64,000 nucleotides of DNA from the NCBI GenBank assembly GCA_950097015.1, contig CATNEN010000039.1, positions 682,001 through 746,000 of the forward strand. Reading direction: 5' to 3'. This document shows positions 39,701 to 50,400 of the stretch, one piece after another (position 1 is the first letter of the stretch; each line of letters starts with the position of its first letter). The notes beneath the pieces were generated by a model, which saw only the letters and a program-made list of their open reading frames with translations, searched no databases and was not told where the DNA came from. The stretch is from Macrostomum hystrix. Lineage: Eukaryota; Animalia; Platyhelminthes. The translations under genes were made by a program, and so were the position numbers.

Positions 39701-42700
39701 AAGTTGAGGTGCCACTGTGATTCGCAGCGCAGCCGTCTCAGTGAGGAGGTCAGGGCTGCCAAGTGTCAATCAATCAAAGTTGAGGTGCCACTGTGATTCG
39801 CAGCGCAGCCGCCTCAGTGAGGGGGTCAGGGCTGCCAAGTGTCAATCAATCAAAGTTGAGGTGCCACTGTGATTCGCAGCGCAGCCGCCTCAGTGAGGGG
39901 GTCAGGGCTGCCAAGTGTCAATCAATCAAAGTTGAGGTGCCACTGTGATTCGCAGCGCAGCCGCCTCAGTGAGGGGGTCAGGGCTGCCAAGTGTCAATCA
40001 ATCAAAGTTGAGGTGCCACTGTGATTCGCAGCGCAGCCGCCTCAGTGAGGGGGTCAGGGCTGCCAAGTGTCAATCAATCAAAGTTGAGGTGCCACTGTGA
40101 TTCGCAGCGCAGCCGCCTCAGTGAGGGGGTCAGGGCTGCCAAGTGTCCCCAACCTGTGCCGCTTTAGCTGCGGTGAAGCCTTAGAAATTCGCGCTCGAAC
40201 CCCGCACCGCTTTTGCGCGGCTTTTCCGTGTTGACAGGAAAATACTGCCCATTGGGCTTCCCGCCCTACTGGCCTGGGAACGGTTAGAACTCGCGAAAGT
40301 GTTGCTTCATGGGTGCCGTGGCCATTGTCCGGGTCGGTCCGTGCCTTACGAGTGCGTCAGAAGCGCACTTGCAGCTAACTGAACAGCTAATCCACGGTTT
40401 TTAGAGGCTGTGCGTGCCCAAAACTTGATTCTTAAAAGGACCATTGAAAGTTAATGTTTAAAAACCCTTGAAAACCCGAATCTAAATATGAGAATTTATA
40501 CCAATTGATTACACCTGCCCTAATTGAGCCGGGTGTGCAGCCGACAGCACAGTCGCAGCTATTGTGCGGCACATCTGGATGGCTGCGTATGGCAGTTCAG
40601 TCCATGGACTTGTGGGGGAACGCCACAGCCACAATAAATTACCCCAGCAAATGCTGGCACCATTTATCAGCTGGGTGAACTGAAGCAATGCAGAGTTAAC
40701 TGTCTTGCTAACAAGCACAAATCGTTCCACTCTAGAACCCACGACCTCAAAGTCTTGCGTCCGACGCACTGAACATTAGGCTACCACTCCGTCTAAAAAA
40801 ACTAAATATTCTAAAGCCATTAAAAAAAACTAACGCATCTTCCTAAACCCTTACAAAGCAGAATCTTGTGAAACCAAAAAGCAGAATCTTGTGAAACCAA
40901 AAAACAGAATCTTGTGAAACCAAAAAGCAGAATCTTGTGAAACCAAAAAACAGAATCTTGTGAAACCAAAAAGCAGAATCTTGTGAAACCAAAAAACAGA
41001 ATCTTGTGAAACCAAAAAACAGAATCTTGTGAAACCAAAAAGCAGAATCTAGTGAACCCAAAAAACAGAATCTTGTGAAACCAAAAAGCAGAATCTTGTG
41101 AAACCAAAAAACAGAATCTTGTGAAACCAAAAAGCAGAATCTTGTGAAACCAAAAAACAGAATCTTGTGAAACCAAAAAGCAGAATCTTTTGAAACCAAA
41201 AAGCAGAATCTTGTGAAACCAAAAAGCAGAATCTTGTGAAACCAAAAAGCAGAATCTTGTGAAACCAAAAAGCAGAATCTTGTGAAACCAAAAAGCAGAA
41301 TCTTGTGAAACCAAAAAGCAGAATCTTGTGAAACCAAAAAGCAGAATCTTGTGAAACCAAAAGGTAGAATCTTGTGAAACCAAAAAGCAGAATCTTGTGA
41401 AACCAAAAAGCAGAATCTTGTGAAACCAAAAAGCAGAATCTTGTGAAACCAAAAAGCAGAATCTTGTTAAACCAAAAAGCAGAATCTTGTGAAACCAAAA
41501 AACAGAATCTTGTGAAACCAAAAAGCAGAATCTTGTGAAACCAAAAAACAGAATCTTGTGAAACCAAAAAGCAGAATCTAGTGAAACCAAAAAGCAGAAT
41601 CTTGTGAAACCAAAAAGCAGAATCTTGTGAAACCAAAAAGCAGAATCTTGTGAAACCAAAAAGCAGAATCTTGTTAAACCAAAAAGCAGAATCTTGTGAA
41701 ACCAAAAAACAGAATCTTGTGAAACCAAAAAGCAGAATCTTGTGAAACCAAAAAACAGAATCTTGTGAAACCAAAAAGCAGAATCTTGTGAAACCAAAAA
41801 GCAGAATCTAGTGAAACCAAAAAACAGAATCTTGTGAAACCAAAAAGCAGAATCTTGTGAAACCAAAAAACAGAATCTTGTGAAACCAAAAAGCAGAATC
41901 TTGTGAAACCAAAAAACAGAATCTTGTGAAACCAAAAAGCAGAATCTTTTGAAACCAAAAAGCAGAATCTTGTGAAACCAAAAAGCAGAATCTTGTGAAA
42001 CCAAAAAGCAGAATCTTGTGAAACCAAAAAGCAGAATCTTGTGAAACCAAAAAGCAGAATCTTGTGAAACCAAAAAGCAGAATCTTGTGAAACCAAAAAG
42101 CAGAATCTTGTGAAACCAAAAGGTAGAATCTTGTGAAACCAAAAAGCAGAATCTTGTGAAACCAAAAAGCAGAATCTTGTGAAACCAAAAAGCAGAATCT
42201 TGTGAAACCAAAAAGCAGAATCTTGTTAAACCAAAAAGCAGAATCTTGTGAAACCAAAAAGCAGAATCTTGTGAAACCAAAAAGCAGAATCTTGTGAAAC
42301 CAAAAAGCAGAATCTTGTGAAACCAAAAGGTAGAATCTTGTGAAACCAAAAAGCAGAATCTTGTGAAACCAAAAAGCAGAATCTTGTGAAACCAAAAAGC
42401 AGAATCTTGTGAAACCAAAAGGTAGAATCTTGTGAAACCAAAAAGCAGAATCTTGTGAAACCAAAAAGCAGAATCTTGTGAAACCAAAAAGCAGAATCTT
42501 GTGAAACCAAAAAGCAGAATCTTGTGAAACCAAAAAGCAGAATCTTGTGAAACCAAAAAGCAGAATCTTGTTACGTTGTAAAACCAAAAAGCTGAATTTT
42601 GGAAACCAAAAAGCTGAATCTTCTGAAAAATTCACGCCAAAAAAACGCCCGCCATCTCGCAGGCCTGTCCGACTTCCCGTCGCTGGTGCACTCCCTGCAG

Positions 42701-42853
42701 ATCCCCTGCCAGCAGGCCTCTGCGGCGCTCAGTCTGGACACGTACTCGTCTGACAGCTCCGACGGTGAGGAGGAAGTCTTCTGTCGGGAGGACGAGGCCT
42801 CCGACTGCCAGCTGGCGCGGTCTGCCAGTGGGTCCCGGCCGCGCGACACGTGA
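33773..42853 (+). CDS. RIC8: Divergent Ric-8/synembryn-like G-alpha chaperone/GEF. Exons 33773-34285, 34917-35081, 36415-37228, 42663-42853 (~560 aa)
   Basis: EEAHYLRLVSLVHDLLL, FDGKNLSAVNSLVDFL, LTVLTEAS..QRSVRRFLRSLILP, AGQLLFVLCKESAAKVVRHTG and acidic YSSDSSDGEEE match the Ric-8 family in order. Phases are consistent. The last exon is less certain. Confidence 0.85.
34316..34675. repeat. Two abutting minisatellites (22-bp gaatgacttccacccgctctga; 30-bp gaatctccccaactgagtactgtgttgtgt) in Ric-8 intron 1
   Basis: Seen directly. Confidence 0.93.
35085..35720. repeat. 34-bp minisatellite (ctgttgggtgtctcacggctgttccagggctcag) starting at the Ric-8 intron 2 donor
   Basis: Seen directly; the donor gtgag runs straight into the unit. 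Confidence 0.95.
37575..38318. repeat. (CACT)n microsatellite in Ric-8 intron 3
   Basis: Seen directly. Confidence 0.97.
39034..39525. repeat. 48-bp minisatellite in Ric-8 intron 3
   Basis: ttctcatccgctctgcttcagctgctcactccctgctctgctctcctg, about 10 copies. Confidence 0.95.
39683..40147. repeat. 76-bp tandem repeat, 6 copies, in Ric-8 intron 3
   Basis: Unit ccaagtgtcaatcaatcaaagttgagg...cagggctg. Confidence 0.95.
40856..42625. repeat. 23-bp minisatellite (gcagaatcttgtgaaaccaaaaa) ending just before the Ric-8 last acceptor
   Basis: About 75 copies seen directly. Confidence 0.97.
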
Positions 42854-43249
42854 GGCCTCGGCAGCTGGGCGATCAGCTGGGGAAGGCTCTGTTGACGAGG
42901 ATTTGATTTTATTTTCAGCGTCTTTTATATTAGACTGAGTTTTCTTTCAAATCCCCCTCAGAAATCTTTGTCGTTTTGGATCACTTGTAAATGCAGAAGT
43001 CTGAGTATTGCAAAGCTGCACATTAGCCGATGCACAATAAGCTGACGTTTCCTGTCTCTATTTGTTGCCCAAGCGTACTCGAACTGCGCACATACTGTGC
43101 GATAAGAAGCAGCATAACTCGGCTCCACGGCTCGCAGCAACACTCTTAACTGCTCTTCTCCAATACTTCGCTGCAACTTTGCCATGCTGTATCGTTTCTG
43201 AGTTTGTCGCTGTTAACATTATTGCATCTATGATATTTTAATTTCTATA

Positions 43250-43526
43250 CCCCAGATCCTCAGATCCCCAGATCCTCAGGATCCCCAGATCCTCAGGATC
43301 CCCAGATTCTCAGGATCCCCAGATCCTCAGGATCCCCAGATCCTCAGATCCCCAGATCCTCAGGATCCCCAGATCCTCAGGATCCCCAGATTCTCAGGAT
43401 CCCCAGATCCTCAGGATCCCCAGATCCTCAGATCCCCAGATCCTCAGATCCCCAGATCCTCAGGATCCCCAGATCCTCAGGATCCCCAGATCCTCAGGAT
43501 CCCCAGATCCTCAGGATCCCCAGATC
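43250..43526. repeat. 16-17-bp minisatellite (ccccagatcctcag(g)at)
   Basis: Seen directly. Confidence 0.95.
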
Positions 43527-44447
43527 ACGCAGATTACGCAAGTAGATTTCAGTGATAAGAGCCAAATACGATGGCAAACGGATGCACCAATGCATGCTCT
43601 GAGAGTCTCGTATTGCAGCTGTTTACAAACAATTGTCTCAGTACTGTTTGTGTTGACTTTCCAGTATTAAATGTCTCTAGCAGTTTTTCTACATTCGACA
43701 AAGAAAATATTTTCCGCACTAGTTTTGGCGCTCCCATTTTTATCGGTTAATATTCTGCTGTCTGCGACCTGCGTACCGCGTTTGCTAGTCCCTGTTCCCA
43801 ACCTTGCAGCGGTATCTTGATTTCTCTATGATAAAATAGTGTGCATACTTTAAGCTTCTCGTGGATAATCCTTACTCTTTGTAAATATACCTGAATTTTC
43901 ATGTATATTCTTCAGCTCTCATGGATAATCATCAGTTCTCATTGGTTAATCTTCAAATATCATGTAGAATCTTTAATTGTCATGTATAATCCTCAATTAC
44001 AAGTATCATTGATAATATTTAAATCTAAAGGGTTCTGCTGGTTTTTACCGTCAGCAATACATAATTTCTGAAGCAGATTTGTTGCAGATTTGAAAACTAT
44101 TTTTTCCGTAACAGTTTTTGTTGATTGCGTGCCGGCAGTCTCTTTGAGTGTTGCATGTTTTTACACTTGTGGCTAAAAGGCTCCGTGCCCAAACCTGCAG
44201 CCAGTTGGGAAGCCGAACTCATTATGCGCTCCCAGACCCACCGCCCAAGCCATTACCCTGTTTACTGATTCGTGCGAAATTCAAAATGCGAAATTCCAAG
44301 AAATCACACCTAGGATGCGACGTCACGCGCCAAAAACTTCAGCGATACTTGTTTGTTTTTATTTTCTTTCTTTGACATCTTCGCTTTGGTCAGCAGCTTG
44401 CATAGGATAAATTCAGCTTTTCCTAGGTGCCCATTTCTTTTTCTGCT

Positions 44448-45140
44448 GGCTGAGATTCTCATAGTCTGCTCCCTGAAGGCTGAGATTCTCATAGTCTGCT
44501 CCCTGAAGGCTGAGATTCTCATAGTCTGCTCCCTGAAGGCTGAGATTCTCATAGTCTGCTCCCTGAAGGCTGAGATTCTCATAGTCTGCTCCCTGAAGGC
44601 TGAGATTCTCATAGTCTGCTCCCTGTAGGTTGAGATTCTCATAGTCTGCTCCCTGAAGGTTGAGATTCTCATAGTCTGCTCCCTGAAGGTTGAGATTCTC
44701 ATAGTCTGCTCCCTGAAGGCTGAAATTCTCACAGTCTGCTCCCTGAAGGCTGAGATTCTCATAGTCTGCTCCCTGAAGGCTGAGATTCTCATAGTCTGCT
44801 CCCTGAAGGCTGAGATTCTCATAGTCTGCTCCCTGAAGGCTGAGATTCTCATAGTCTGCTCCCTGTAGGTTGAGATTCTCATAGTCTGCTCCCTGAAGGT
44901 TGAGATTCTCATAGTCTGCTCCCTGAAGGCTGAGATTCTCATAGTCTGCTCCCTGTAGGTTGAGATTCTCATAGTCTGCTCCCTGAAGGCTGAGATTCTC
45001 ATAGTCTGCTCCCTGAAGGCTGGGATTTTTGTTATCTACTCCCTGAATACTGGGATTCGTGTTATCTACTCCCATAAGGCTGGGATTCTTGTTTTCTTCT
45101 CCCTGAAGGCTGGGATTCTTATTTTCTACTCCCTGAAGGC
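44448..45140. repeat. 30-bp minisatellite (ggctgagattctcatagtctgctccctgaa)
   Basis: Seen directly; degenerate right end. Confidence 0.95.
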
Positions 45141-45769
45141 TAGTACTTTTATTAGCAGTCGAATTCAATTTCCATTTCTATATGTCAAATTGTTTCGCAG
45201 AAGCACAGAAATATTCTCCCCTGTTTACCAGAGGTTCATTGGTCACGTGATTGGAAGCACAATATTTTTCTCAGAAACGGGCGGTTTACAGAGCCTAGCA
45301 ATTCTGTGGCTTCCGTGCTAGGATCTTAGTTTGAAGGCCACTCATTGAAGTGGTTTGAAGCTTGAGGCTTGTATTTGATGTCGCGGTCATCTGATCAGCG
45401 TGCAGCCAACCTGCCGCATCCACCGGGCCTCTCATATCCCCTCTGTTAGTTTCTTCCCCTCCAGAGATGCCAATCTTACTTAATATGGAAATTCTGTCTT
45501 TTACGCTAGAAAAAGTAGCTGGAGATTTCCGAAATTCCCCTCCCTGCCGAATTTTATTCTAATTGAGCGGGCGGAAGGCCTGACCTGATACGGCTGCTTC
45601 TGAGAGCTGCTGTGCTTTCCTTTTACCGCTGAGGAAACCACTGTACTTCAATCGTAGAGCCTTCAGAGGCCTTTTGGCTGGTGGGATAATCGTCTAGCAC
45701 TTTTTGCTCAAAGGTGTGATAATCCTTAACCCCCCTGTCCTACAGATAAGAAATTACTCTAGCGCTTCC

Positions 45770-46160
45770 TACTGACAGGTAAGATAATCCTCAAGCACCC
45801 CTGTCTGAAAGGTGGGATAATCCTCAAGCACCCCTGTCTGAAAGGTGGGATAATCCTCAAGCACCCCTGTCTGAAAGGTGGGATAATCCTCAAGCACCCA
45901 TGTCTGACAGGTGGGATAATCCTCAAGCACCCCTGTCTGAAAGGTGGGATAATCCTCAAGCACCCATGTCTGACAGGTGGGATAATCCTCAAGCACCCCT
46001 GTCTGAAAGGTGGGATAATCCTCAAGCACCCATGTCTGACAGGTGGGATAATCCTCAAGCACCCCTGTCTGACGGGTGGGAAATAATCTTCTTGAAGTAC
46101 CTGTCTGATAGGTTGGCGAATCCTTTGTCTGAAAGGTGGGATCATCCTCAAGCACCTATG
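45770..46160. repeat. 33-bp minisatellite (ggtgggataatcctcaagcacccctgtctgaaa)
   Basis: Seen directly. Confidence 0.95.
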
Positions 46161-46628
46161 ACAGGATGATCGTGTATCACATCTGTGTCACAGGTGAGCT
46201 AGCCTTCTGTGTGCTCTGTGGGCTGATAGAAGCAAGTTTTTTTGCACAGCGCTGTGCGCATGCGTTTCTTATTTCTAGCAGATTAATCACGAATCCATCA
46301 TGCGCATTATCAGCGGGCTCAGCGGCTCATTTATCAAGCGGATGGGTGGGTCTTAGGCCTTGAAGTTATTAGCAAGAAATTATTTGCGCCACAGCCGCAG
46401 CTCCCAAATAATCTTATCTGAGGAAATCCGGTCCAGGCATTCAAGCAAAAGTGCAGCCGCCATGCTCAAGGTGCGGTTTCAGTGGCTGAAAATCCTGACG
46501 AATTCGACTGGCACTTCCGTAAGCCTGGCTCCAGCTCCTCGGACATTGCGATGGGGTCACGCCAGTTCTTGGGGCTGCACTTTAGCCTGCACTACTTGCT
46601 CCAAATCCCAAGTCACTGCGTACTTGGT

Positions 46629-47421
46629 ACAAGCTAAGAGTATCTGGTTGCTGGGAGAATGGATTCGGTAGTGCAGCTGATGGGATTCAAGCTAAGAGTA
46701 TCTGGTTGCTGGGAGAATGGATTCGGTAGTGCAGCTGATGGGATTCAAGCTAAGAGTATCTGGTTGCTGGGAGAATGGATTCGGTAGTGCAGCTGATGGG
46801 ATTCAAGGTGAGAGCATCTGGTTGCTAGGAGAATGGATTCGGTAGTGCAGCTGATGGGATTCAAGGTGAGAGTATCTGGTTGCTGGGAGAAGGGATTCGG
46901 TAGTGCAGCTGATGGGATTCAAGGTGAGAGTATCTGGTTGCTGGGAGAATGGATTCGGTAGTGCAGCTGATGGGATTCAAGGTGAGAGCATCTGGTTGCT
47001 GGGAGAATGGATTCGGTAGTGCAGCTGATGGGATTCAAGGTGAGAGTATCTGGTTGCTAGGAGAATGGATTCGGTAGTGCAGCTGATGGGATTCAAGGTG
47101 AGAGCATCTGGTTGCTGGGAGAATGGATTCGGTAGTGCAGCTGATGGGATTCAAGGTGAGAGTATCTGGTTGCTGGGAGAAGGGATTCGGTAGTGCAGCT
47201 GATGGGATTCAAGGTGAGAGTATCTGGTTGCTGGGAGAATGGATTCGGTAGTGCAGCTGATGGGATTCAAGGTGAGAGCATCTGGTTGCTGGGAGAATGG
47301 ATTCGGTAGTGCAGCTGATGGGATTCAAGGTGAGAGCATCTGGTTGCTGGGAGAATGGATTCGGTAGTGCAGCTGATGGGATTCAAGGTGAGAGCATCTG
47401 GTTGCTGGGAGAATGGATTCG
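46629..47421. repeat. 58-bp tandem repeat ending ~40 nt before the ENGase 5' acceptor
   Basis: caaggtgagagtatctggttgctgggagaatggattcggtagtgcagctgatgggatt, about 13.5 copies. Confidence 0.95.
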
Positions 47422-47475
47422 TTAGATCCTGCTGACCCATCTTCGCCACCCCTTGACTGCAGCCGCCAGAACACG

Positions 47476-50400
47476 ATGGCCCGTCAGGAGCCGATCCGTA
47501 GTTTGGATGAGCTCGCCGCCTGGCGGCCCGCCACGGCGTCTCGCCTGCCGTCGCCGCTGGCACCGAGGGAGCCGCTGCCCGCTGAATCTCCGCGCGTTCT
47601 GGTCTGCCACGACATGCAGGGCGGCTATCTTGACGACGCCTATCTCCATGGCAACGGCAATTCCGACGCTTTCCGCCTGTTTCATTGGCACCTGATCGAC
47701 TCATTTGTGTACTTCAGCCATCACCTGGTCACGGTTCCGCCGCCAGGCTGGGTTGATCTGTGCCACCGTCACGGCGTGGCCTGCCTGGGGACCTTCATCA
47801 CCGAGTGGGACGCAGGCCAGGACGCCATGCGACGGTTGCTAACCGACGAGGATGCTGCCGCAGGCTGGGCCGACCGGCTGCTGGAAGTGGCAGAGGCCTG
47901 CGCCTTCGATGGCTGGCTGATCAACGTGGAGGTGGCGCTGGAGCCGGAGCTGGTGCCGGCACTGAAAGCCTTTCTGCGACGGCTGCGGGCAAAGGTCTGG
48001 GCTGGTGTGGCGCAATGGACTGGGCTGGTGTGGCGCAGTGGACTGGGCTGGTGTGGCGCAGTGGACTGGGCTGGTGTGGCGCAGTGGACTGGGCTGGTGT
48101 GGCGCAGTGGACTGGGCTGGTTTGACGCAATGGACTGGGCTGGTTTGACGCAGTGGACTGGGTAGGTGTGGCGCAGTGGACTGGGTAGGTGTGGCGCAGT
48201 GGACTGGGTAGGTGTGACGCAGTGGACTGGGTATGTGTGGCGCAGTGGACTGGGCTGGTTTGACGCAATGGACTGGGCTGGTGTGGCGCAGTGGACTGGG
48301 CTGGTGTGGCGCAGTGGACTGGGCTGGTTTGACGCAATGGACTGGGCTGGTTTGACGCAGTGGACTGGGTAGGTGTGGCGCAGTGGACTGGGTAGGTGTG
48401 ACGCAGTGGACTGGGTATGTGTGGCGCAGTGGACTGGGCTGGTTTGACGCAATGGACTGGGCTGGTGTGGCGCAGTGGACTGGGTAGGTGTGACGCAGTG
48501 GACTGGGTATGTGTGATGCAGTGGACTGGGCAGGTGTGGCGCAGTGGACTGGGCTGGTGTGGCGCAGTGGACTGGGCTGCTGTGACGCAGTGGACTGGGC
48601 TGGTGTGACGCAGTGGACTGGGCTGCTGTGACGCAGTGGACTGGGTAGGTGTGACGCAGTGGACTGGGTATGTGTGATGCAGTGGACTGGGCAGGTGTGA
48701 CGCAGTGGACTGGGCTGGTGTGGCGCAGTGGACTGGGCTGCTGTGACGCAGTGGACTGGGCTGGTGTGGCGCAGTGGACTGGGCTGCTGTGACGCAGTGG
48801 ACTGGGCTGGTGTGGCGCAGTGGACTGGGCTGGTGTGACGCAGTGGACTGGGCTGTAGTGGCGCAGTGGACTGGGCTGCTGTGACGCAGTGCACTGGGCT
48901 GTAGTGGCGCAGTGCACTGGGCTGTAGTGGCGCAGTGGACTGGGCTGGTGTGGCGCAGTGGACTGGGCTGTAGTGGCGCAGTGGACTGGGCTGTAGTGGC
49001 GCAGTGGACTGGGCTGTAGTGGCGCAGTGGACTGGGCTGGTGTGGCGCAGTGGACTGGGTAGGTGTGTCACACAGCTGTGGGTTACAAGGCTAGTGAGCT
49101 GAAGGAAACCGGTCAGCCTCTTCGCAGCCCTGACCCTGGGATGTGGCGTATGACAGGCTGCGCATCCCCACCTTTCAGGTTATTAGACTAATTAGCGGTA
49201 ATTATCTTAATGGCTCCGGACTAACGTTTGACCAACCCGCGGCAACAGAGGAAAGGGCAAGGCTGAGCTTGTACTCACGGCCTCTGCGGCCTCCTAGCCC
49301 CATTATAACTAACCTTTCCTTCTGTGAAGTTTTCCCGCGTTGCTTCCGGACCTTCCTTGGCCAAGAAGTTAGGCGAAGAGCAGCGAGCGCTTTTACAAAG
49401 AAGAGACCCCGCACCGAGTCATCTAGCGAGTGATGACATCAGCTGCGCTTCAGCCTTCGCTCAGCTGCTCAGCTCAGAGCATAGATGGTGTCGCCGAATC
49501 GGAATTTTTTAATCCACTAAAGGCAAAGACCCAGTCCATTCCCTGACCCAGTCCATTCCCTGACCCAGTCCATTCCCTGACCCAGTCCATTCCCTGACCC
49601 AGTCCATTCCCTGACCCAGTCCATTCCCTGACCCAGTCCATTCCCAGACCCAGTCCATTCCCTGACCCAGTCCATTCCCTGACCCAGTCCATTCCCTGAC
49701 CCAGCACATTCCCAGACCCAGTCCATTCCCAGACCCAGTCCATTCCCTGACCCAGTCCATTCCCTGACCCAGCACATTCCCAGACCCAGTCCATTCCCAG
49801 ACCCAGTCCATTCCCTGACCCAGTCCATTCCCAGACCCAGTCCATTCCCTGACCCAGTCCATTCCCTGACCCAGTCCATTCCCTGACCCAGTCCATTCCC
49901 TGACCCAGCACATTCCCAGACCCAGTCCATTCCCTGACCCAGTCCATTCCCTGACCCAGTTCATTCCCTGACCCAGCACATTCCCAGACCTAGTCCATTC
50001 CCTGACCCAGTCCATTCCCTGACCCAGTCCATTCCCTGACCCAGTCCATTCCCTGACCCAGTCCATTCCCTGACCCAGTCCATTCCCTGACCCAGTCCAT
50101 TCCCTGACCCAGTCCATTCCCTGACCCAGCACATTCCCTGACCCAGCACATTCCCTGACCCAGTCCATTCCCAGACCCAGTCCATTCCCTGACCCAGCAC
50201 ATTCCCAGACCCAGTCCATTCCCTGACCCAGCACATTCCCTGACCTAGTCCATTCCCAGACCCAGCACATTCCCTGACCCTGCACATTCCCTGACCTAGT
50301 CCATTCCCTGACCCAGCACATTCCCTGACCCTGCACATTCCCTGACCTAGTCCATTCCCTGACCCAGCACATTCCCTGACCCTGCACATTCCCTGACCCA

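Noticed and set aside
39034-42625. Complementarity between the 48-bp and 23-bp arrays in Ric-8 intron 3 (tctgctt / aagcaga)
   Set aside because: Only 7 contiguous nt, which is plausible by chance. Not counted as support for the bridging model
40820-42635. Long repetitive ORFs (e.g. 578 aa here, 554 aa at 57857-59521, 252 aa at 26828-27586, and the His/Thr/Ser ORF at 37473)
   Set aside because: They are translations of tandem arrays in introns or spacers, open in several frames, with no unique domains
39683-47421. CRISPR-like appearance of regular repeats
   Set aside because: The units are contiguous with no unique spacers, there are no cas genes, and the context is eukaryotic
47413-47475. 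ENGase start at ATG 47413
   Set aside because: That ATG lies in the last unit of the 58-bp array. Acceptor-like AGs and ATG 47476 fit better
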